Positions 56,728 through 63,950 of a stretch of DNA of 63,950 bases are shown piece by piece (the stretch's first letter is position 1; each line of letters opens with the position of its first letter). A program made the position numbers and the translations under genes. The notes under the pieces were generated by a model. It saw nothing but the letters and a program-made list of their open reading frames with translations. It did no database searches and was not told the DNA's origin. The stretch covers positions 1 through 63,950 of IMG/VR virus record IMGVR_UViG_3300027899_000982; one strand, 5' to 3'. The DNA comes from a virus. Its lineage: Duplodnaviria; Caudoviricetes.

Positions 56728-56959
56728 CTTTAATCCCCCTCCACACAGCGTCCAGAAACTTGTCTGGTTTGAAGTTGGGATTGTCTTTTCTAAACATGTC
56801 TTCTAGATTCCTGGTAACAGAATCCAAAGGTTCAAAAGCCCAATCCATCCCTATGTTTTTGTAGTACAAATACCTTTCATTTAGCTTCTGGGCTATAGCT
56901 TCATAATGCCTTTGGCTAAACATACTGTTCATTTTCATTCCATATTTTACATACCCCAT
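56717..56959 (-). CDS. Conserved small phage protein
   Basis: RHYEAIA...F.KDNPNF..DKF..A pattern. Confidence 0.7.
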   Translation of the reverse strand: MGYVKYGMKMNSMFSQRHYEAIAQKLNERYLYYKNIGMDWAFEPLDSVTRNLEDMFRKDNPNFKPDKFLDAVWRGIKDET

Positions 56960-56971
56960 AAGACCCTCCTT

Positions 56972-57598
56972 TCAATTGTTAATTCTACTGATTAGCTTCC
57001 ATTTTCCATCTATTTTTTCCTGCACTACCCCAACCCATCTTGATAATATATTGTTCCAATAACCATATTTGGGATTTCTTCTAGTTACTGGCTGACCAAA
57101 TCGAACACCGTTTATTTTATATTTGTTGAAGCTTGGTTTTCCATCTCTTTCCCAAATCCTCTCAGCAATCTTTTGGTAGACATCTGCTGATAGGGGAAAT
57201 ATGCGATTATTGTTATGACTGGTCCATATCCTCTCATGGTCCATTACAAAAAATCCTTTTATTTTTTCACTTGGTTCTTTTATTCTCTTCCTGAATTCTC
57301 TAATTTCTTGCAGATTAAAAGCAAGTTTTTCACAATCCTTCATCGAAACACCAGTCATTGGTTTAGTCATAAAGAACACATAGGGCAACTTGTCTTGATA
57401 ATACTTCTGGAATTTGTGTCTCTTCATTCTTTCGTAGGTATGAATTCTACCACGTTCTGCATAACTTAAGCTTCCAATTTTGTGCAGAAGTATACTTGAT
57501 TTCATAGCCTTAAAAACATCTTGTAAAAGTACCTCCGGTTTCCTTTTTTTAGGTCTAAAAAAGAATCTGTCTTCCATTTTTTTTGCTTCTTTGTCCAT
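56972..57598 (-). CDS. Hypothetical protein (start MDKEA)
   Basis: AAGGAGAGG RBS. Confidence 0.6.
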   Translation of the reverse strand: MDKEAKKMEDRFFFRPKKRKPEVLLQDVFKAMKSSILLHKIGSLSYAERGRIHTYERMKRHKFQKYYQDKLPYVFFMTKPMTGVSMKDCEKLAFNLQEIREFRKRIKEPSEKIKGFFVMDHERIWTSHNNNRIFPLSADVYQKIAERIWERDGKPSFNKYKINGVRFGQPVTRRNPKYGYWNNILSRWVGVVQEKIDGKWKLISRINN

Positions 57599-57609
57599 AT
57601 CCTCTCCTT

Positions 57610-57849
57610 TCAAATTGATTCTAATAAATGGATCTTTTTTGCTTTTCTTAAAGATTTTATTCCATACCTGGAACATTCTGGATAACCTTCTTTTGATATT
57701 GGAATATGATATACTCTACCTTTATCATCCCAAACTATTCGATAAATGAAATACCTTTCTTCCATTCTACCAACATCAGGACAGTAAGTTTTTTCCTTGG
57801 TCAGAATGCTCTTGGGGTTTACAGATATGACAGTCCTCGACATACCCAC
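57610..57849 (-). CDS. Hypothetical protein
   Basis: AAGGAGG RBS. Confidence 0.55.
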   Translation of the reverse strand: MGMSRTVISVNPKSILTKEKTYCPDVGRMEERYFIYRIVWDDKGRVYHIPISKEGYPECSRYGIKSLRKAKKIHLLESI

Positions 57850-57855
57850 CTCCTT

Positions 57856-58059
57856 TTAAATTGTCCACAGCAAAAACATTACTTTAGCTTCCTCCAAGGT
57901 CTGAAATCCCTCCCTTTTTTCATCTTCTTTAAACCATTCCCAATAATTTCTTTCATCTTTTTCCCAGACATAATACCTACCTTCTTTTCGGTATAAGACT
58001 CCCTTCTCGTTGTCAACTACTTTATAATCTCCATAATAAAAGGAACTATGCTTTCCCAT
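57856..58059 (-). CDS. Hypothetical protein
   Basis: GGAGG RBS. C-terminal EGF.T.EEAK motif shared with 61572..61856. Confidence 0.6.
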   Translation of the reverse strand: MGKHSSFYYGDYKVVDNEKGVLYRKEGRYYVWEKDERNYWEWFKEDEKREGFQTLEEAKVMFLLWTI

Positions 58060-58076
58060 TTTTACCTCCTGTAAAC

Positions 58077-58105
58077 AGGAAAAGGGGGCCGAAGCCCCCT
58101 ATCCT
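58077..58105 (-). terminator. UUCG-capped hairpin terminator
   Basis: AGGGGGC-UUCG-GCCCCCU-UUUCC. Confidence 0.7.
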
Positions 58106-59320
58106 TTAGTCAATAAACAGCACTTCACCGAAAGGGGGTTTAAAATGTTTGCTATAGTCCCGTTTGAGCAAGGCCCATAATACAGGGCAATCAGGCTCAC
58201 TTTCAGGATTGACATGACATTCACCATCCGTAAAGTAGATTATGAATTTGGGCTGTAAATCATCCTTTTTGATTAATTCAAAGCCAGCATCAAAATCAGT
58301 CCCACCCCTTCCTTTGAATTCTACTTTCAAACTGGAAAGATCAGCACTGGTAATGGTGTAGGTCTTCTGCACTATGTAATCAATTTCGGCAATGAAAACC
58401 TCCATATCATATGCCGATAGAATACCATACAAACCTCCTTTAAACTTGGGGAAATCATTTTTCTCATCCACACTGGCTGACGTATCAAAGAAGATAGCCC
58501 CCTTGCCGATTTTAGGATCATGCAGGGTAGGAATATAAATATCCCCATTGATATAGTTCTCGTCCGGTGCCATCCAGTCATAGTCTTTATCACTTGTTTC
58601 ATCCACAAACCTTGCCAGCACCTGTTCCCAAGGCACTTTGGTCATCGTCATATCCTTGACTAAGGATTTGAAAGATCCTGGCAGCTTCCCAGCTTTAACT
58701 CCTATTCTTTCCATCTCTTTGAGTTGGCCTTCAATCCGTTTGTCCTCCATTCTTTCTTCAACGGAATCGGCTTTCTCATCACCAGGGACAGGATCACCCT
58801 TTCCTTTACCTTTGTCCTTACCATCTTGTTCACCATCCCCACGACCAGGATAAGGAAAGCATTCATCCCACATTTCTACTTTGATTGCCTTCTTTTCCAA
58901 ATCCTTGTAGATAGCTTCCCAGGTCCAGCCTCTGTACTGGGGCATATAGACACCATCTATTTCCCCATTCACATCCTTGGGAATTTCCAGGCCCATCTCG
59001 TCTACCAGCATATTGTTAATGGTAGCATCCATTGCAACATTGGCCAGATCTTTATCCCAGTTTTTCATACTGAGAAAACGGATGTGGTGCTTTCTTAAGG
59101 GGTGAAAGATCTCATGGACAATCACAAACATAGTTTGCGACTGATTGAGCTTGTCAATAAAAGCTGGGTTCCAATAGACATACACTCCATCAGTACCTGC
59201 CCGTGGTACAAGCTCACTCTCTACGAATTTAAGGTCAAACATCTTGGGGGTCAGAAAACGCCATTGAAAAGCGATCTTTTGCTTTGCCAATGCAACCTTC
59301 TCTCTTGCATTTTTTGCCAT
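58106..59320 (-). CDS. Metallopeptidase-like + VWA protein (DUF2201 type)
   Basis: AGTDG, HEIFH, N.A.D..IN, DTSAS, GRGGTDF and YFTDG motifs. Confidence 0.88.
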   Translation of the reverse strand: MAKNAREKVALAKQKIAFQWRFLTPKMFDLKFVESELVPRAGTDGVYVYWNPAFIDKLNQSQTMFVIVHEIFHPLRKHHIRFLSMKNWDKDLANVAMDATINNMLVDEMGLEIPKDVNGEIDGVYMPQYRGWTWEAIYKDLEKKAIKVEMWDECFPYPGRGDGEQDGKDKGKGKGDPVPGDEKADSVEERMEDKRIEGQLKEMERIGVKAGKLPGSFKSLVKDMTMTKVPWEQVLARFVDETSDKDYDWMAPDENYINGDIYIPTLHDPKIGKGAIFFDTSASVDEKNDFPKFKGGLYGILSAYDMEVFIAEIDYIVQKTYTITSADLSSLKVEFKGRGGTDFDAGFELIKKDDLQPKFIIYFTDGECHVNPESEPDCPVLWALLKRDYSKHFKPPFGEVLFID

Positions 59321-59334
59321 AATAGGCTCCTTTC

Positions 59335-59616
59335 TTACCTTAGAGGTTTTATTTTCTTATAACAATAAGGACAATAAATACTTGGATCGTAGGGACTAAT
59401 TTTATTCACTTCAAAATACATATGCTCAAGATTTTTCAAAGTCATACCAGGGAAATGTTCCTTTCCAATATCTGTATTCAGCAGATAATGGTTCAGTTTG
59501 GAAAACCTCATATACCTAACAGCATCATTAAATTCTTCACCCTTAGCATTTTCCAAACTGAAAAGAAGTGTAAGCAGTTTCCTTTTTTTCATAAGATCAC
59601 CATAATTATACTTCAT
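59335..59616 (-). CDS. Hypothetical protein
   Basis: RBS and C-terminal CPYC. Confidence 0.55.
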   Translation of the reverse strand: MKYNYGDLMKKRKLLTLLFSLENAKGEEFNDAVRYMRFSKLNHYLLNTDIGKEHFPGMTLKNLEHMYFEVNKISPYDPSIYCPYCYKKIKPLR

Positions 59617-59759
59617 AACCTCTCCTTTCCTTCATTTTTAAACCCTTAGCCCTGCCTACAATCCTCAGTTGTAGGCAGAATAAAGGTTAGATATCCTTCC
59701 AGATATCAAGGATCTGGCCTATGATAATCAGTACGATTACAGCAAATAGGAGATCCATA

Positions 59760-60608
59760 TTAGAAATATCCTTCCAGGTCAGCCAAGATTTTCTCAGCCT
59801 TCTCAGTGACCTCCTTTCTCTTGTTCAGGTCATATCGCAGGGCATCTGGTGCCACGCTACACAGTTCTTGACTCAGCCTGTCGGCTAAATCATCCAATTC
59901 CTTGGACTTGGTAATATTCATCTTGGGCAGTAAATCTGCCAGCTCTTTGATATTATCAACCAAGGAATTTTTGAATCTGGCACTACCATCAGCCAATGTT
60001 TCAGCCATATGGCCCACAACCTCAATTGCCCTGCGGTATGGTGCCTTCATGGCTGTTTCAAACATTCCGGTAACAGCCTCCTCATTGGCTTTTACCAGAC
60101 GGTCAACGTCATCTTGGGGCAGACCAACGATCTTACGGATTGCTTCTGAATCCGGCATTGTCCCAAAATGAATCCTGACCCCAAAACTCTTCCAGATATT
60201 CTTAGGATAATCATTAGGGTCAAAAGCATCATTCAGCCGATACTTTTGTTTTTCCACTATTTCGTCAAAGTTCTGACAGAAATTTTCATATCCTCTGGTA
60301 AACCTTGTTTTGAAATCATCAGCCTGTAGTACAGCTTCCTGATACTTGTCTACAGGGAACATGTAGCGGTTATCACCAAGCGGCAGACAGTTCGTAAGGT
60401 CGTTAAGCCACTTCTTGAAATCCTTGTAGGGCTGGAGGTAGCCGGTCATTTCCTCAGCATCACAGGCTGGCTTAGTAGCCCTGTAACCTTTGCCTCTGAC
60501 CTGCTTTTCATTGTCCAGTTGCTTCCCGGCAGATTTATCAATCTTACGTCCCTCATACTTGCTTACATCAATGTCAATAACCATCACGTTGTTGTATTCA
60601 TTACTCAT
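59760..60608 (-). CDS. DUF3150-like helical protein
   Basis: F...DYP and L.K.NIT....L pattern, in its usual context with AAA/VWA genes. Confidence 0.6.
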   Translation of the reverse strand: MSNEYNNVMVIDIDVSKYEGRKIDKSAGKQLDNEKQVRGKGYRATKPACDAEEMTGYLQPYKDFKKWLNDLTNCLPLGDNRYMFPVDKYQEAVLQADDFKTRFTRGYENFCQNFDEIVEKQKYRLNDAFDPNDYPKNIWKSFGVRIHFGTMPDSEAIRKIVGLPQDDVDRLVKANEEAVTGMFETAMKAPYRRAIEVVGHMAETLADGSARFKNSLVDNIKELADLLPKMNITKSKELDDLADRLSQELCSVAPDALRYDLNKRKEVTEKAEKILADLEGYF

Positions 60609-60943
60609 CTTTCTCTCCTTTCCTTATTCATAGTCGGCCAAATGGCCATCATCATTAACATCCTCTTCAAACTCAAGGATAGCCAGGGGAATAACATCCC
60701 AATTCATATCATCAGGATTAATCCCAGCTTCCTTAAACTTTTCCTTTCCTTCCTTGGACAAGTCCGATAACAAAAGTTCAACTTTTATCATCCCTTAGTC
60801 CTCCTTTTTTGGTTATGTCTTGGCACTTGTTTAACAACCATACTTCCCAGACGCTACCTTCATGACTTTTAGTGTATAGCCAATAGGTAACATCAAACAC
60901 AACTGCCCAAAATCTGCTTCTGATTTTCAGCATAGCCCTCCTT

Positions 60944-61171
60944 TCATAAAATGTTTAATTGTGAAGCTAGAAATTCTATCATGTTTGATAGATCCCTTTT
61001 GTTTATTTGGAAAGTTATCTTATTTCCTTTTCCCTTGAACTCTGTAAGAATAATCTCAAAAACATCATTATCAAAATTACTGGTGGTTCTAACACAAAAA
61101 CAATGAGTTGTTTTTTCATTGTCCTCCAGGAAAACATTGAACTCTTTATTAAATTCTTTTTTTACTGGCAT
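60944..61171 (-). CDS. Hypothetical protein
   Basis: RBS, operonic. Confidence 0.5.
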   Translation of the reverse strand: MPVKKEFNKEFNVFLEDNEKTTHCFCVRTTSNFDNDVFEIILTEFKGKGNKITFQINKRDLSNMIEFLASQLNIL

Positions 61172-61353
61172 AGTTTTTCTTCCTTTCTATCAAGTTCTTC
61201 TATTTGTCTTTTAAGTTCTGCAATTCTGTCATTTAGGATCTCAATCGTTTTGTCAACTCCAAACATCATAAGTAAATATGATGACCAGACACTGGTTTTG
61301 ATGGTGATTAAAATCTTGTTTAATAATGAAATCTTCAATTTTTACCACTCCTT

Positions 61354-61557
61354 TCAGTCGTTAAGAATTATGAAGTTGTTTTTACAGTAACCACACTTAA
61401 ACTTCCAAGTGTCTACGTCACCATCCGAATTGCGGGACGTTAATACCAAATCCTTCTTGGAAATTACCGTTTTGCATACCGGACAACCTTCAGGTCTGTC
61501 ACTTGCTTCAGTAACAAAACTGATTTTTCCATCCGGTGCCACATACTTCGTCCACAT
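61354..61557 (-). CDS. Small Zn-ribbon protein
   Basis: CPVC...CGYC...I.ND. Confidence 0.6.
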   Translation of the reverse strand: MWTKYVAPDGKISFVTEASDRPEGCPVCKTVISKKDLVLTSRNSDGDVDTWKFKCGYCKNNFIILND

Positions 61558-61571
61558 GCTTTCTTCTCCTT

Positions 61572-61856
61572 TCAAGCTATGTATAATAGCAAAGCAATCT
61601 TTGCTTCCTCTTTAGTCCTAAATCCTTCATTCCTGGTATTGTGTGGAATATCATCTGCAATCAGATAGTAACTATTACTTGGATCTGGTGGTCTGACATT
61701 TTTAAGAACAGGTGGCCAATTATGATTAATCCTATTTCCAGGGATGTACACCCCAGACATACCAAATAGAGGTTGTTTGGTACAAATGTACCATCTTTTT
61801 TGGTGATAATCATTGTCATCCGATAACATAATATAATAATTGATGTTTTCTTTCAT
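61572..61856 (-). CDS. Hypothetical protein
   Basis: AAGGAGGGG RBS directly after the ribozyme. Confidence 0.6.
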   Translation of the reverse strand: MKENINYYIMLSDDNDYHQKRWYICTKQPLFGMSGVYIPGNRINHNWPPVLKNVRPPDPSNSYYLIADDIPHNTRNEGFRTKEEAKIALLLYIA

Positions 61857-61874
61857 TTCCCCTCCTTTCTATTT

Positions 61875-61936
61875 GCAAGGACTTGGAACCTTGCTTGTGC
61901 ATTACAGGGGGGCCTCCAATCCCCCTGTCCTCTGCA
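61875..61936 (-). ncRNA. Twister self-cleaving ribozyme (permuted, type-P5-like)
   Basis: UGCA-GA-GGA-CAGGGGG..CCCCCUG-U^AA-UGC-AC-AA-GCAAGG-UUCCAAGU-CCUUGC, with both pseudoknots complementary. Confidence 0.8.
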
Positions 61937-61937
61937 A

Positions 61938-63005
61938 TTAATCAATCAAGTAGTTGGCGTTCTTGACTGCCCAGTCATTGAAAGACTTCGTCTTTTTGAG
62001 TTCTGGCTTGATTTGGGCAATATCCATCATGGCCGCTGTACTTTCGTCAGCATCCAGCCTTTTCAGAAAGGCATAGATAGCATCCATGTTTTTGATATTT
62101 GCCTTGTTGACCAAGGCACCTTCCAGGGCAATCCGAATATCGGTTTCATTTGGAATTGGATGGGTAGTTGGCTTTTCGATAATCTCATCCAGGTTAGGCA
62201 AGTGCATATAAATCCTGCGAAAGTTCATAAAGGCCGTGATATAACCCTTGCCGACAATCCCCTCGCCAACCTCTGTCAAAAAGCTGTTTGCCTTTTCTTC
62301 CTGGTGCCTTTGACCAGCAAACATGCTCATGATTTCATTCCACTTCTTAACCCACCTGTCCAGTTTGAAAACAGTTCGTGGGCTGGGAATGTTCACAAAA
62401 TCCTTGGTTGGCTTGGCTTCACGAATAAGCCCCGCTCCTTGGAATTTAATGTAGTAAATGGTTTCCACGGCTGCATCTTGTTTCCACAGCCATTCGATAT
62501 GGTCTTCCATTTCATATTCCAGGTCAACCATAGTGTCCCACCTCTCCTTGATTGCATGCAGGATCGGGACAACACCGGAATAGTCAGTCATCGAATTGGA
62601 CGCTACGCCAAAAACTACGAAATCAGAAATCCGCATCCCATTCAATTCTCTGGCTCCAAAAAGCTGCATCGTGGCCTTTTGGGTAGATTCAGGAGTTTGA
62701 CCAAAATCATCAAACAGGGCAAAAGCAGGTTCTTGTACTTTACAAATTTCATACAAGTCCCCGTATGGAAGCCACACAGCCTTATCAGCCGTTCCATCTG
62801 CTTTCCTGTCTGCAAAACCAAGCCCCCTCATATCCGTAGGGGAATTGACAGACGTATGGAAGATATAGAGTTTCATTCTCAATTCTTCCATAATCTGCTG
62901 AAACAGACTTGTCTTGCCCATCCCTGGCTTGCTGAATACAGCCACAGTCCTCCGGTCAGGGATTGCCACGTTCTTCATGAAACTGCTAAACACTTTTGGG
63001 GTCAT
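61938..63005 (-). CDS. MoxR/AAA_5-like ATPase
   Basis: SKPGMGKTS, PTDMRG, LFDDF, ASN and PSPRT motifs. Confidence 0.85.
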   Translation of the reverse strand: MTPKVFSSFMKNVAIPDRRTVAVFSKPGMGKTSLFQQIMEELRMKLYIFHTSVNSPTDMRGLGFADRKADGTADKAVWLPYGDLYEICKVQEPAFALFDDFGQTPESTQKATMQLFGARELNGMRISDFVVFGVASNSMTDYSGVVPILHAIKERWDTMVDLEYEMEDHIEWLWKQDAAVETIYYIKFQGAGLIREAKPTKDFVNIPSPRTVFKLDRWVKKWNEIMSMFAGQRHQEEKANSFLTEVGEGIVGKGYITAFMNFRRIYMHLPNLDEIIEKPTTHPIPNETDIRIALEGALVNKANIKNMDAIYAFLKRLDADESTAAMMDIAQIKPELKKTKSFNDWAVKNANYLID

Positions 63006-63228
63006 AATACCTTCTCCTTTCCTTCCAGAAATTAATGTCGCTCCAATTTTTGATAGCGACTTTGTCCTCTTTCTTGAAAAACCTACCCTGTACCTTCACA
63101 TACCCTGCCTTGCTGTAGGCCACAGCCTCCAATTCCAGCAGTTTCACCCTTGCTTCTTCCTGCTTGGCCTTCAAACCTTGAATCCAAGGTAGGACGACTT
63201 CTTCCCAATACTTAGGGTCTTCGTTCAT
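62986..63228 (-). CDS. Hypothetical protein
   Basis: ATGA-coupled ORF. Confidence 0.55.
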   Translation of the reverse strand: MNEDPKYWEEVVLPWIQGLKAKQEEARVKLLELEAVAYSKAGYVKVQGRFFKKEDKVAIKNWSDINFWKERRRYYDPKSV

Positions 63229-63662
63229 ACATTCTCCTTCCTTTCTTCTTCCAATATTTCTAATATCTTCTTAGCATTATCTTTTGCATATTGGATAAAA
63301 GCCGGTGTCCTCTTAACTTGTGGATATTTATTGGCAAGTTCACACACCATTTTATAGCCAGCTTCAACTGAGGTATAACTTACTACTTGGAAAAAGTTTT
63401 TGAGGAGGGGAATAATGTTATCGTTAAAACCATTGTCCCCAAAATAAACCTGTTCTCTTACTGTAACCACTCTCTTCTTAATATTCCCAATAACATACCT
63501 CAGCACCGAAAGATCCTTGTTTTTCAAGGAAAGTTCACACCAGTATTCCCTAACACCATCCTTATAGCCAACCTTGCAAAGAGTATAAAAGTAAGTTTTC
63601 TCTTTTTCATCATACAGGTTGACAACCTCCAGTTTTTCTACTAACTCATTCTTCTTTTTCAT
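63225..63662 (-). CDS. Hypothetical protein
   Basis: AAGGAGAGG RBS. Confidence 0.6.
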   Translation of the reverse strand: MKKKNELVEKLEVVNLYDEKEKTYFYTLCKVGYKDGVREYWCELSLKNKDLSVLRYVIGNIKKRVVTVREQVYFGDNGFNDNIIPLLKNFFQVVSYTSVEAGYKMVCELANKYPQVKRTPAFIQYAKDNAKKILEILEEERKENV

Positions 63663-63743
63663 GGTCCTCTCCTTTTCTTTCCTTTGAATTTTTAATCCTC
63701 AAGTCAGCCCCCTGTCCTCCCAACCAAGGGGCTCAGTTTTGGA

Positions 63744-63923
63744 TTAAAACTTCCTGTCAATATCAAGCCAGTCTTTAACTTCAGGGTAGAATTCCCTTTG
63801 CAGAAACTTCAACCCTTCGACTACATACGGGCGAATGTATGGGTTCTTTGTTTCATAACATTCACCGTTCGTATATGGTTTGATAAGTTCCTGAATTACT
63901 TTTTTTACCTCACTTTTTTTCAT
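63744..63923 (-). CDS. 59-aa hypothetical protein
   Basis: GAGGGGGG RBS. Translates to MKKSEVKKVIQELIKPY...DIDRKF*. Confidence 0.5.
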   Translation of the reverse strand: MKKSEVKKVIQELIKPYTNGECYETKNPYIRPYVVEGLKFLQREFYPEVKDWLDIDRKF

Positions 63924-63950
63924 AGCCCCCCCTCTAAAAGTTCACAGCAT

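Noticed and set aside
62013-63035. 340-aa + strand ORF (also 12563..13228 and other antisense ORFs)
   Set aside because: Fully antisense to well-supported genes, with no recognisable motifs.
1-63950. Stop-codon reassignment
   Set aside because: Conserved genes are full-length in the standard code and end with TAA, TAG and TGA.

Overview
An AT-rich segment of a large tailed dsDNA bacteriophage genome in two converging transcription blocks that meet at about 13.55 kb. The + strand block (1-13.5 kb) holds the tail of a Ser/Pro mucin-like repeat protein, a glycosylation cluster (two GT27/ppGalNAc-T-like enzymes, plus GT29-like, GT17-like and GT2 enzymes and SAM methyltransferases), secreted proteins, and a holin/GH108 lysis module. 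The - strand block runs from early genes (MoxR AAA, VWA/metallopeptidase, a twister ribozyme) through a candidate iteron origin and a full replication/recombination set (SF2 helicase, primase, DnaB, beta-clamp, UDG-PolA fusion, clamp loader, SSB, RecA, resolvase, SbcCD) to a second sugar-modification cluster. The strongest candidate for a new system is at 35.7-38.0 kb: one promoter drives four Y-RNA-like ncRNAs that share a scaffold but each carry a different tRNA-mimic domain, along with an atypical tRNA-Pro, a Tad2-like anti-defence gene and a Ro60/TROVE protein. Other notable elements are a GC-rich structured intergenic repeat separating small genes (22.1-23.4 kb), a four-copy TTGTCC-N18-TATAAT promoter, and five related HNH-NUMOD3 endonucleases. 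All family assignments come from recognising motifs by eye, not from database searches.
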